Positions 11,443-21,746 are shown, counted from the stretch's first letter. The stretch: DNA of 64,000 nt from an uncultured delta proteobacterium (GCA_963785725.1 CAWAWS010000003.1:160001-224000), one strand, 5' to 3'. Translations and numbers: made by a program. The notes: generated by a model not told the origin, from the letters alone.

Positions 11443-12909
11443 CTACTTCGTGGGCGACTGGAACGAGGCGATGGCGGCGAGCATCTCGGCTTTGACCGGC
11501 GCCGACGCGTTGGCGGGCGCGAACGCGTACACTTGGAACGCGTTGCCGCCGGCGACGAACACGCCGTACATCTGCACCAGCTCCATGCCGTTGACGTTGC
11601 CGCGCGCCTCGATGACGCGACCCGAGCCGATGTTGGTCATGCGCACGACGTGGAACTTCTTGGCCGACGACTTGGCGCTGCGCAGCACGAGGCCGGCCAG
11701 CTGATCGAGCGTCAAGCTCTGGCCGCCCAAGCTCTCGCCGATGACGAGGACGTGCGCGTCGGCGTCGGCGCGCGTGATCCAGCGGTCGGCCAGCTTGTTC
11801 TGCTCGTGCGTCGTCTTCGAGGGCACGATCGTCCACTTGTCGCTCGGCATCTGCAGCTTCCAGTCGTAGCGCTCGCCGACCACGACGCCCGACTCGGCGC
11901 TCGCCGCCGCCGGCTCGGCCGTGGTCGCCGTCGCCGCTTGCGTCGGCTCGGGCGCTTGCACCGTCTTGGCGGCGATCTGGTTGGCGAACGCCTGCGCTTT
12001 GACCTTCTTCGTGTAGTCCTCGAAGCCTTTGGCCGCGAGGAATCCCCAGATGGCGACGATGAAGATCATCGACGACGCGCCGCCGCCGCTGGCGAAGCCG
12101 AACATCGGCGCCAGCGGATAGGCGAAGAAGCCGCGACCGACGACCGGGATCGTGCCCGGCAGCGCCATCTCCCGCAGCGCCGCGATGCGCTTGGGCAGAT
12201 ACGGATGCGTCGAGTTCAGCTCGTACACGGCCATCCAGAAGCCGCCCGTCTCGTGGCGCTGCTCGACGAAGGCGTCGAGGTTCATGACGCGGCCGGCGCG
12301 ACGACCGGCGGCCAAGATGGCGAGCGCGCGCGACGAAATCTCGAGGTCGCCGACGAACGAGTGGCCGGCGCGATCGCAGGTGTACTCGCAGGCGCGCGAA
12401 TAGGCCGGTCCGAGCAGCGGGATGATGCGGATCGGCATCAACATCCAGTTGAGATGGCCGGCCGCGAGGTGCGCCACTTCATGCGCGATGACGAAGTCGA
12501 TCTCCGACGGTCCCAACACCGCGCTGCCGCCGTCACAGGCGTCGACGAGCTCGGAGTTGAGGATGACGAAGCGGCGACCGAGCAGCTTGGTGGCGAAGGC
12601 GTTCAGGATGCCGCCCGACTGCATCAGATAGGCGGCCGGCGGCTCGCGCAGACCGAGGCGCTGCGACGCGGCCACGACCTTGTTCCACAAGTGCGGCAGC
12701 TGTTGCGGCCCGAGGCGCACGGCGTTGCCGCGCACGTGGGCGAGATGGAGCGCGTGGGCGACCAGGATGACGAGCGCGATGAGCGCGCCGTAGATCGCGC
12801 CGATGATCGAGACGACCACCAGCAGCCAAGAGACGATCGCGATGCCAATGGCGAAGCCGCGTAGCGTGCGCTCTCTTTTCGACCTGAGCTCTTCTGGAAA
12901 CGTGTTCAT
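11443..12909 (-). CDS. M48 family membrane zinc metallopeptidase with C-terminal extracytoplasmic domain
   Basis: NAFA, HEVAH, SRACEYTCDRAG and STHP motifs; N-terminal TM helices. Confidence 0.9.
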   Translation of the reverse strand: MNTFPEELRSKRERTLRGFAIGIAIVSWLLVVVSIIGAIYGALIALVILVAHALHLAHVRGNAVRLGPQQLPHLWNKVVAASQRLGLREPPAAYLMQSGGILNAFATKLLGRRFVILNSELVDACDGGSAVLGPSEIDFVIAHEVAHLAAGHLNWMLMPIRIIPLLGPAYSRACEYTCDRAGHSFVGDLEISSRALAILAAGRRAGRVMNLDAFVEQRHETGGFWMAVYELNSTHPYLPKRIAALREMALPGTIPVVGRGFFAYPLAPMFGFASGGGASSMIFIVAIWGFLAAKGFEDYTKKVKAQAFANQIAAKTVQAPEPTQAATATTAEPAAASAESGVVVGERYDWKLQMPSDKWTIVPSKTTHEQNKLADRWITRADADAHVLVIGESLGGQSLTLDQLAGLVLRSAKSSAKKFHVVRMTNIGSGRVIEARGNVNGMELVQMYGVFVAGGNAFQVYAFAPANASAPVKAEMLAAIASFQSPTK

Positions 12910-13256
12910 TTCCCCACCGACCTTTTGTTGACTGGATTGCAATCGGACTGATTGGCAATTCAGCCTTTGTTATGTGGGGACACTAGCACCGCTGAACACA
13001 CATGCGCACCGACAAAAGCAAGCCAATCGACGATTCAAGCGGCTGAATAGATTACGGAAACTGTCTCGCGCGCGAGACAGATCGACGTCATTTCGGCTCA
13101 ACGAATAGGGATTATCGGAGTGCAGATGACGCAGTCGAACTCTGCGTTAGCGGATTGTTCGATCGCGCAGTCGCGACTGATTGCATCGATTAGATGGACG
13201 CGCAGTCGACTGGAGCCGCCGGCGCACTTCCAAACGGCTGGCGGTGGACTGCCAAG

Positions 13257-13292
13257 CGGGACGATCGATTCCGACGGGACGATCGATTCCGG
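13257..13292. repeat. 18-bp tandem duplication (CGGGACGATCGATTCCGR x2)
   Basis: Read directly from the sequence. Confidence 0.85.
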
Positions 13293-13367
13293 AGGATGGT
13301 GGGCTCGCAGGAATTTCCCCCGTCCGCCCTCCCAATTATCGGGCTCGCTGCGGAAAAGTTGCGGGGC

Positions 13368-14345
13368 CTATTCGAATTTGACCTTCGTCAGCTGCTCGCT
13401 CACTTGCCATAGCCGCGCCGCCGACTCCGGATTCGTCGCCCACGGATTGACGCCGCTCGGCGCATTCGGATCGGCCGAGCCGACGACGGCGACCTCGCAA
13501 TCCTCGCAGTAAACACCGCCCAGCTTGTCGAGCCGCGGGCTCGTCGCGCACCAGACGATCGACGCCGCGCCCTGCTCCACCGTCTTCCGGCCTTTGGCCG
13601 GGTCGACGATGGGCCGCCCGTGGTCGTCGATGGCGCCGAGCCGATGCAGCTCCTCGCGCGACATATGGCGCGCCAAGTCGGTGATGATGCCGCCCGGATG
13701 CACCGAAAACGCGCGCACGCCGTGTGCTTGCCCGAGCTGATCGAGCGTCAGCGCGAACAGGATATTCGCCGTCTTCGACTGCCCATAACCGACCCACGGA
13801 TCATAAGGACGACGCTCGAAGTTGAGGTCGGCGAAATCGACCGGCGCGCGCCGATGACCGCGCGATGACACGGCCACGACGCGCGCCCGCTTGGCGCGCA
13901 CGAGCGCCGGCCACAGCCGCGCCGTCAGCTGAAAGTGGCCGAGATGATTCGTCGAGAGCTGCGACTCGTTGCCGCGCGCATCGCGGGTCAAGGGCGGCGC
14001 CATCACGGCTGCGCAATTGACGAGGATGTCGAGCGTCCCATGCTGCGCCGAGAAGCGCGCCGCGAACGCGTCGATCGATTGCGGATCCATGAGGTCGAGC
14101 GCTTCCAGCTGCGCGCGCGGCACGGCCTGCAGGTTTCGCCGTGCCTTGTCGGCGTCGCGTGCCGGTACGATGACGGTGCAGCCCGCGTCCGACAGCGTGC
14201 GCGCGACCTCGACGCCGAGGCCGGAATAGCCGCCGGTCACGATCGCCACTTTGCCGGTGAGATCGATGCCCTTGATGACGTCGTGGGTCGTCGAGGCCGC
14301 TCCGAAGCCGGAGCCAATCGGAGCCTGTGCAGTCGTGGTCGCCAT
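13368..14345 (-). CDS. SDR oxidoreductase (retinol-dehydrogenase/WWOX-like)
   Basis: TGGYSGLG, NHLGHF, YGQSK catalytic motif, VHPGGI. Confidence 0.93.
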   Translation of the reverse strand: MATTTAQAPIGSGFGAASTTHDVIKGIDLTGKVAIVTGGYSGLGVEVARTLSDAGCTVIVPARDADKARRNLQAVPRAQLEALDLMDPQSIDAFAARFSAQHGTLDILVNCAAVMAPPLTRDARGNESQLSTNHLGHFQLTARLWPALVRAKRARVVAVSSRGHRRAPVDFADLNFERRPYDPWVGYGQSKTANILFALTLDQLGQAHGVRAFSVHPGGIITDLARHMSREELHRLGAIDDHGRPIVDPAKGRKTVEQGAASIVWCATSPRLDKLGGVYCEDCEVAVVGSADPNAPSGVNPWATNPESAARLWQVSEQLTKVKFE

Positions 14346-14401
14346 GGCGTGACTCCTATTCGTGGGTGTTCGTTGCCAATCGCAGTCGTGTGCGGCGCGC
14401 G

Positions 14402-14980
14402 CTATCTCGCCTTGGGCACGAGCGCGCGCACCGCGATGTCCATGTGCGCCGCAAACTCGGCGCGCGTCTTCACTTTGTATTTCCAGCCGCGCGCGCAGGC
14501 ATGGAGCGTCTGCGCCAGCTGCAGCGGCGTCACGCGCGCCGCCTTGCAGGCCGCGGCCAGCGGCGAGTCCGTGATGGCGCGCGCCAGCTTGCGCTCGAAC
14601 GCGGCGCCATAGTCGGCGACCATCGTGCCGAGCACGGCGCGACCGCCTTCGCCGAGGTCGACGCCGTCGCTGCCGAGCTGCTCCAGGTAGCGCCCGCTCC
14701 ATTCGTCGAGCGCGCGCACCAGCCGCGGGCCGATGCCGAGCGCGTCCGCGAGCGCGACCTCGACGTCCGCCATCGCCGCGTCCAGCCCCGACTGAATGGC
14801 CTCGCGAAACAGCGTCTCTTTGTCGCTGAAATGGCCATAGAGCGCCTGCCGCGACAGCTCGGCCTCGCGCGCGATGTCATCCATCGACGTCTTGCGAAAG
14901 CCGTAGCGCAAGAAGGTCGCCAGCGCCGCTTGCAGCAGCGCCGCCCGCCGATCGACTGAAGCTGCTGACTTCGGGCTCAC
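14402..14980 (-). CDS. TetR/AcrR family transcriptional regulator (probable leaderless GTG start)
   Basis: LLQAALATFLRYGFRKTSMDDIAREAELSRQALYGHF HTH. Confidence 0.9.
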   Translation of the reverse strand: MSPKSAASVDRRAALLQAALATFLRYGFRKTSMDDIAREAELSRQALYGHFSDKETLFREAIQSGLDAAMADVEVALADALGIGPRLVRALDEWSGRYLEQLGSDGVDLGEGGRAVLGTMVADYGAAFERKLARAITDSPLAAACKAARVTPLQLAQTLHACARGWKYKVKTRAEFAAHMDIAVRALVPKAR

Positions 14981-14981
14981 A

Positions 14982-15024
14982 CGACAAAGGATGACAAACA
15001 TGACAATATTGTCAAGTTTGACAA
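14982..15024 (-). promoter_or_regulatory. TetR operator/promoter: GACAA repeat cluster with palindromes TGACAATATTGTCA and TTGTCAA-GT-TTGACAA
   Basis: Perfect 14-bp palindrome at 15001-15014 overlapping a minus-strand TTGACA (15015-15010), just upstream of the TetR start. Confidence 0.7.
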
Positions 15025-15060
15025 CGCAGAGAATGGCCAACCCGAAGCGGTCGTTGCGGA

Positions 15061-15462
15061 TTACTTTTTGGCGCGGGGCGTGCGGCCGGCGGCGTAACAG
15101 ACGACTTCGATGTTGTTGCGCTCGGGATCGCGAACGAAGGCGGCGTAATAGTGCGGGCCGTAGTCGGGCCGCGGGCCGGGCGAGCCGTTGTCCTTGCCGC
15201 CGGCGGCGAGCGCCGCGCGATGGAAGGTGTCGACGGCGGCGCGCGTGCCGACGCGGAAGGCGTAGTGGCCGCCGCCGGCCGCTTTGCGATCGCGTGCGAG
15301 CCAGAAGATCTTGTCGTCGCCCGAGCCCATGCCGAAGGCGGAGCCGACGTCCATGTTGACGCGCATGCCGATGGCGCCGAGCGCCGCCTCGTAGAACTTG
15401 CGCGCCTTGGCCAGACCGCGCACGGCCAGGCCGATGTGATCGAGCTCGACGTGATTTTTCAT
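15061..15462 (-). CDS. VOC/glyoxalase family protein
   Basis: LDHIGLAV..ARKFYEAAL, HYAF, GGKDNG.PG.RP.Y..YYAAFVRDP..NNIEVVC. Confidence 0.92.
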   Translation of the reverse strand: MKNHVELDHIGLAVRGLAKARKFYEAALGAIGMRVNMDVGSAFGMGSGDDKIFWLARDRKAAGGGHYAFRVGTRAAVDTFHRAALAAGGKDNGSPGPRPDYGPHYYAAFVRDPERNNIEVVCYAAGRTPRAKK

Positions 15463-15685
15463 GACGCCCGTTGTTCTAGACATGCAGCGCGCGAACGCCA
15501 CTGCCCGCGCGCCCCGCAATGACAGTGACAATCGAGCTTCAATTCCGCGACGAGCGTCGAACGGCCTAAACCGACCCCCGAACGAGCATAAAGGAGCGCT
15601 GAACGACCGGAGGAGCGCAGCACCGGCGTCAAACGAGCGCGAAGGCGGGCAAACCACGAGAGCACAAAGCGGGGGCTCGGCACAC

Positions 15686-15810
15686 GAGCGCGCAAAGCGC
15701 GCGTCGGCCGCGAGTGCGGCCGTGGGGAGGCTCATTGGGCTGTGCCCAATGAGGGGTGCTTGCACCCTTAGATCGAGACGCCTTAAATCAGCTTCGCTGA
15801 TTTAAGGCGT
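15686..15810. repeat. Five-hairpin structured intergenic element, copy 1
   Basis: Stems GCGCGC/AAA, CGGCCGC/GAGT, CTCATTGGGC/TGT, GGGTGC/TT and a perfect 15-bp ACGCCTTAAATCAGC/TTC stem. Homologous to 33647-33811. Confidence 0.8.
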
Positions 15811-16167
15811 GCAGATGTTGAACTCGTTGCCGTCTTGATCTTGGAACGTGACGCAGCCGGTGCCGTACGGGCAGTTGGCGCCGCCGTCGGGGCACTGCGT
15901 GTAGCACTGGCTGTTCACACAGATGGACGAGAAGTTCGATAGATCTTGCGGGCAGTCGGTGTCGACGGTGCAGCCGACGGTGCACAAGTTGCCGGTGAAG
16001 CCGGCCGAGACCGGCAGCGTCGTGCCCGAGCAGACCGTGCCCTGATCGCACACGTCGCCGGGCTGACACGACTCATAGGGCTCATCGACCGCGACGGTGC
16101 TGCCACCGCCGCCGCCGCAACCGAGGACCGAGAACGCCAGAGCAACTACGAACGTCAAGCGAGTCAT
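15802..16167 (-). CDS. Small cysteine-rich lipoprotein
   Basis: VLGC lipobox, Gly linker, Cys-rich body, AGGAG RBS. Confidence 0.85.
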   Translation of the reverse strand: MTRLTFVVALAFSVLGCGGGGGSTVAVDEPYESCQPGDVCDQGTVCSGTTLPVSAGFTGNLCTVGCTVDTDCPQDLSNFSSICVNSQCYTQCPDGGANCPYGTGCVTFQDQDGNEFNICTP

Positions 16168-16694
16168 GTCGCATCTCCTGTGAAATAAAGAACCCTGATC
16201 GTCGTTCCCATTGGCGCCGGGTCAAGTCTTTTGCGCGTTAATCGGCGACCCGATGGCGATTGTGGCGCCTGTCCGACCTCGCTCGCGACGCGAAGGTTGC
16301 CGCCGTTCGGCGCGACGATTTCGCCGCCTGCGACCCGCGAATCGGCATCACCGATGAGAATCTCGCGCTATTTCGATCACTTTGTGCCGTGACGCCGAGC
16401 GCGCGCGTCATGGATGGCGGCGGCAAAATCGATTCTCCGACCATCGATCGCCCAACGAATGATCGAGCACGCCCTCCTCGCCCAAAACGGCCGCGACGTG
16501 TTCTGTCGATGCGCGCGTCAGCCGGGCTGCTGCCGACTGCGAACCCGGCGCCGGATTGTAAACTCGCCATGGACGACCGAGGCGCGCGCTCCGCAGTCGC
16601 TGCGCCTGATTCCCTACATTGTCGCCAAGTTGCACTCGGCCCCCGTTGGCGCGACTGGTGCAAACTGGGTCGTTCGTACTTGGGGGATTCGAGC

Positions 16695-19320
16695 GTGAGC
16701 ATTCGGCGCAACCGGGCGGCGGCGATCTTTTCGGCGGTGAGCGTGTGGGCGAGCCTGGCGAGCGCGTCGCCGGCGCGGACGAGCGGCAAGCTCGATCCCA
16801 ACGTGGCGCGCGTGCTGGCCACGGGGCTCACGAGCCCGCATTCGCGCCGGCCGCGGCAGCCGGGCCGCGCGCGCGTCGTCGTCGAGCTGGCACAAGAGGC
16901 GACGCCGGCGAGCCTGGCGCAGCTGGAGGCGACGGGCGCCGAGCTGACGCGCGTCGACGGCAAGGTCGTCTACTATCGGCGCTTCGTGCCGGCGCAGCTG
17001 ACGAGCCGCGTGGCGCCGGCGCTGGCGGCGCTGCCGACGGTGACGCGCGTGCATTCGGCGAGCGCGACCCCGCCGTTGCCGCTCGACCGCTCGGCGCAGC
17101 TGGTGCGGCTGGCCGACGCGCGCGGCGCGCGGCCCGGCCTCGACCTCATCGCCGGCCAAGGCATGCTCATCGGCGACGTCGACACCATCGATCGATCCCT
17201 TCGAGCCCACGTTCTTCAGAGGCGACGGCGGCTATTACGACTGGATCGACGTCGACCACGACGGCGTCTTTACGCCCGCCCGCGACGCCATCGATCTCGA
17301 CGGCGACGGCAAGGTCGGCAAGCACGAGCTGGCGCAGGCGATCCTCGCCAGCCCCGTCGACTTCTACGGCGAGGCGCTGCCGGCGCACGCCATCGGCTTC
17401 GATCCCGGCATCGACTGGGTCTATCTCGACCAAAACGGCAACGGCAAGCGCGACTACGGCGCCGCCGCCGGCTTCGACGACACGACGCCGGCGTTCGGCG
17501 AGCCGCTGTTCACGCCCGACGACGTCAATCGCAACGGCCAGATCGACGTCGGCGAGCGCTTCGTGCGCCTCAAAACCAGCAAGCTGCGCGCCATCTACGT
17601 CAACCTCGACACGCCCAAAGTCAGCCAAGTCTTCACCCGCGGCGTCAACTTGTCGGCGACGCAGATCGACTACACCGCCGGCCAGCTCTACGGCAGCGCC
17701 GACGCCTTCCACGCCACGCCCGCCGACACCATCCTCGTCGGTGACGTGCCGCTGGTCGGGCGCCGCTGGGTGGGCATGGCGCCCGAGGCCGACCTCGTCT
17801 TGGCGTGGGATCCCGAAGGATTGCCGACGGCGGGCGCGGCCTGGGCGCTGCAGCAGAAGCCGAACGTCATGCTCTACGAGCTGGCGGAGTGGGTGTCGTT
17901 CCCGCTCGATGGCTCGGACGCGCTGTCGCAGATGATCGACAGCGCCACCGTCAACGACGGCGTCACCAACGTCTGTCCGACGGGCGACCAAGGATCGGCG
18001 CGCAAGCACGCCGGCATGCAAGTGGCGCCCGGCGGCGACGGCACGCTCGCGTTCGACCTGCCGGCGCACGCGCAAGCGCTGACCGGCGCGCTCGGCACCG
18101 TCTGGGTCTCGGTCGACGTGCAAGGCGGCGCGCCGTCGCAGCTGGCGCTCGTCGGACCTTCGGGCGATCGCTACGATCTGCTGGCGAGCGCGCAAGGCAC
18201 GCTGCACGGCGGCGCGAGCTATTACGCGACGACGCAGACGACGCCGCGCGCGACCTGGTTCGCCGACGTCGTGCTCTACAACGGCACGGCGACGACGCCG
18301 CTCGACATCGGCAACTGGACGCTCGACGTCGGCGGCGCGGCGGCGGGCACGCTCATCGTCGACGCCTACTTGACCGACGATCGCACGAGCTTCAGCGTCG
18401 GCGCCGCCTGGGACGCGAGCGTGGCCAGCGATCGCAGCACCATCGGCATTCCGTCGGTCGCCGATCACTGCATCGCCGTCAACGCGCAGCCCGATCACCT
18501 CGATAGCAACGGACAAGAGCCTTGGTACGACAGCTATTGGGCGGTTTATGATCTGCCGCCCGGTTATGTCGATACCGATTTGACGTTGCGCGCCTATTGT
18601 CCGCTGGGGCCGCGCATCGACGGCGTCATGAAGCCCGACGTCACCGCGCCCGATAATCCGTGGGGCGCCGTGCCGCACGACGCGGAGGCGAAGTCGCCGT
18701 TCGGCAGCTTCACCGTCTTCGGCGGCACCTCGGGCGCGTCGCCGCACGTCGCCGGCGTGGCGGCGCTGTTGGCGCAAGCGGGCATCAGCGGCGACGCCGC
18801 GCGCGACGCGCTGCGCGCCGGCGCCGACGCCGACGGCATCACCGGCGCCGTGCCCAACGGCAGCTACGGCTACGGCCGGCTCGACGCCGCCGGCGCACTC
18901 GGCGTCAAGACCGTCGGCGCCGACGTGAGCGTGACGTTGGCGGTCGATCCGCCGAAGCCGGCGCGTGGGCAGCCGTTCCGGCTCGTGCCGACGCTGGCCG
19001 GCGACGTCGACGGCGCGCAGGCCGAGTGGGACGTCGGCTACGACGGCACGTGGGACACGGCGTATGCGGCGGTCGCGCCCTACGCCGACCTGACGAGCGC
19101 GGCCGGCAAGCACGGCTACAAAGTGCGCGTCCGCAACGCCGCCGGCCACGTCGCCGAAGCCGTGGCCTGGGTCGACATGGCGGCGCCGGCGACGCACGGC
19201 TGCAGCTTCGCGCCCGGCGCAACCGACGACGACGACGAACAGGATCACACCGGCGGCTGGGCCGGCGCCTTGAGCGCGCTGTTGTTGCTGCTCGGCCTCC
19301 GCAAACGCTTCGGCCTCTAA
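16695..19320 (+). CDS. S8 (subtilisin-like) peptidase with Ca-binding DxDxDG insert and MYXO-CTERM-like tail; apparent +1 frameshift near 17190
   Basis: GDVDT (Asp), FHAT (His), KPDVTAP, GGTSGASPHVAG (Ser), YGYGRLDA; C-terminal GCS...LLLLLGLRKR. The two halves lie in adjacent frames. Confidence 0.85.
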
Positions 19321-19761
19321 GCCTTGGAGCGGCCGACAGCCAACAGCGACCGCTCCCGCCGCGCCTGCGTCAGGCCCTTCGCGCAGCCGACGCGGTCGAG
19401 TGCACGATCACCGTCGGTCGGCGCGATCAGGCTCAGCTGCGACGAGCAGCCTACAGCCGAGCGGTGTCGCTCACGAGCGAAGCCGAACGAGAACTCCGAG
19501 ATATCCGGCAGCATCAACCGACAATCATCAAATGACATGGATGAGCGGCGTGACCCCCAATGCCTCCTATTCGACCCCTTTAACAGCGTGACAGTTACCG
19601 TAGGGCAGCCAATGCGCGCCGCGACTCCAATGACATGCGACATTCTGTCGCCGGAACAGACGTTCGGGGCATCCGAGCCGCCGAGCGCCACTTCACTAGC
19701 GACGTTGGCGGTGAAGAAAACGAGCCACGCGTGAATGCGCGCGATCGTGCGCAGCGCGCGA

Positions 19762-20868
19762 CTATGGCGCCGACATAGCCGACGATCCGTCCCGTCCGCA
19801 ACGAACGAGCACGTGCCATAGGAGCTTCAGCTCCTGGACGACTTCCGCATAAGCGCCACGATCGGCCCACGCCGCGGGATCGCGAAACAGCGCCACCGCC
19901 GCCTCGCCGATCGCGCGCGCGTCGACCTGGCCGTTGCGCGCGACGCGCGCGGCCAGCGACGGCATCGTCGGCCCCCGCACGTCGACCGGCACCTCGAGCG
20001 CGGAGAGCGTCGAGCCCGCGTGAAAATGGAGCGCGACGCCGTAGCGCGCGCACAGCGCCTCCAGCAGCGCGCCCGTCGGCGTGCCGGCGAACGACGGGTC
20101 CGCCACCAAGGCCTCGACGTCCTCGGCCAGCGCGATCGGCCCGTGCACTTGCGCCTCGACGAACTGGTCGAGGTTCCGCGAGAGCGGTCGCGACATTCGG
20201 GCGGCGATGGGCTCGTCGAGCCGCGTGCGCAGGTGGCTGACAATCCGCGCCGGCCGAATGTCGCGCTCGCCGGCGGCGGAGTCGCGCGTGAATGCCTCGA
20301 ACAAGAGCGCGCCAACGACGTCGTCGAGCTCCTCGAAGCTGCCGGCCAGGGTCGACTCTTGCGAGCCCAGGTACGTAAAGGTGCAGCGCGGCAACACCGA
20401 GGAGCGCAAGAGCAGGTACGAGGAGCCGAACCGCGGCGCCGGGCCGTCGGGCTGAAGGAAGAGGTCGAGCGCGCCGTACTTCGGCCGATGCGCGCTCGCC
20501 GTTCCGTCGAGCTGGTAGGCGCCGCCGAATAGGCGCCGCTCCCACTCGTCGCGCGGGCTGCCGGCGAATGGCGCAACGTGGCCGTTCGACAAGCGCGTCT
20601 CGAACTGACTGCGGTACGCGCCCGCGTCGAGGATTCCGGCGGCGACGCTGTGCCCGTTGGCATCGGGGCGATCGGGATGAAAGTGGACCGCGACGCGCGC
20701 CCGTGACCGCAGCATCGCCATCGCTTCGTCGTACGCGGCCCACGTCGCGTTCGACATGCGAAGGAGCTCGTCGATGCGCTCACGCGCCGCGTCCCGGCGC
20801 AGCCGCGCCTGCGCAGTCACGTGCGCGATCGCCTGCTCCTGCGATCGATGCAGCGCCATCGCGATCAT
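19762..20868 (-). CDS. DUF3626-like protein
   Basis: VHFHPDR, YRSQFET.LSNG, RPKYGAL, PRFGSSY and EAQVHG motifs. Confidence 0.75.
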   Translation of the reverse strand: MIAMALHRSQEQAIAHVTAQARLRRDAARERIDELLRMSNATWAAYDEAMAMLRSRARVAVHFHPDRPDANGHSVAAGILDAGAYRSQFETRLSNGHVAPFAGSPRDEWERRLFGGAYQLDGTASAHRPKYGALDLFLQPDGPAPRFGSSYLLLRSSVLPRCTFTYLGSQESTLAGSFEELDDVVGALLFEAFTRDSAAGERDIRPARIVSHLRTRLDEPIAARMSRPLSRNLDQFVEAQVHGPIALAEDVEALVADPSFAGTPTGALLEALCARYGVALHFHAGSTLSALEVPVDVRGPTMPSLAARVARNGQVDARAIGEAAVALFRDPAAWADRGAYAEVVQELKLLWHVLVRCGRDGSSAMSAP

Positions 20869-21039
20869 GATGAGCCCATTTCTTATATCAAAGCGCGCTC
20901 ATGAGTGTAGGTCGCGTACCGCAATCGATATGAAGTGAATGATCATTTCGATTACGACTTGACTTGGGCGCGCGCGAATATCAATGTGCCTTCAGTCCGG
21001 ACCTCAGCCACCCGGCAATTCTTCTTCGGCTGTTCGAGA

Positions 21040-21276
21040 TTGTTTAGATGTCAGCTCTGTAAGCAAGTCGCCCCGCCTCGCATTTCCCAGACCCGAATCG
21101 TCGTCGAGACCCGCGCGATCGTCTATCCACGACGAGCGCACGCGCACGGTTTACGCAGTCTTGCGCGCGATCGTTGGGACGACGATCCCGGCGGAACCGG
21201 CACCGCCATCGTGCGCGAAGCCGTCGCCTGCCCCGACTGCGCCCGCAAGGCCGCGCCGGTCGTCAGACGCGAATGA
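21040..21276 (+). CDS. Small putative zinc-ribbon protein (start uncertain, TTG)
   Basis: FRCQLC near the N-terminus and CPDC near the C-terminus; DPGGTG..IVRE motif. Confidence 0.6.
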   Translation: MFRCQLCKQVAPPRISQTRIVVETRAIVYPRRAHAHGLRSLARDRWDDDPGGTGTAIVREAVACPDCARKAAPVVRRE

Positions 21277-21362
21277 CCGTCTGCGCGACGAGCGAGCGCC
21301 CGGCAATCGAATAGGAACCCGTGGTCGTGCATATCGCGTAGCGCAGCGCGTGGAAGCGCGGC

Positions 21363-21746
21363 TCATTCGCGGTCGAGGATCTGTCGCGCTTCCGTCTGGA
21401 TGGTCGCGGGCGCGCCGCTGAAATAGCGCTGCACGGCGTTGGCGCCGGCCCGATCGGTCAGCGGCGTCGCGCGCAGCGCGTCGAGGCGCTCGATCCAAAA
21501 CTCGAACGTCGCCAGCAAGCTGACGACCTGGCCGCCGCTGAACGCATGCTCGCTCGCGACCGCGCGAATCTGCGCGATCTTGCCGTCGGCGAAGGACTCG
21601 GCCGTCACGGCGGCCAATAAGGCGTCGAACGTCGCCGCATCGGTCGGCCGTCGCGGATGCGGATGCGGATATGGATAGGGCGTGCCCGCGCTCGCGGTCG
21701 AGGCCAACAGGCCGACGGTCAACACCGATTGCATGAGTAGACGCAC
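21363..21746 (-). CDS. Secreted DUF4476-like protein
   Basis: Signal peptide, then DAATFDALL.AV..ESF.DGK....R......FS..QV..LL..F.F..ERL.AL. Confidence 0.7.
   Translation of the reverse strand: MRLLMQSVLTVGLLASTASAGTPYPYPHPHPRRPTDAATFDALLAAVTAESFADGKIAQIRAVASEHAFSGGQVVSLLATFEFWIERLDALRATPLTDRAGANAVQRYFSGAPATIQTEARQILDRE

Noticed and set aside
15560..15680. c-di-GMP-I riboswitch (GGCAAAC and GGCCTAAA fragments)
   Set aside because: The fragments are in the wrong order and there is no GNRA-capped P2 stem.
19321..19760. 124-136 aa ORFs in an AT-richer gap
   Set aside because: No RBS, atypical codon usage and no recognisable motif; probably non-coding or decayed.
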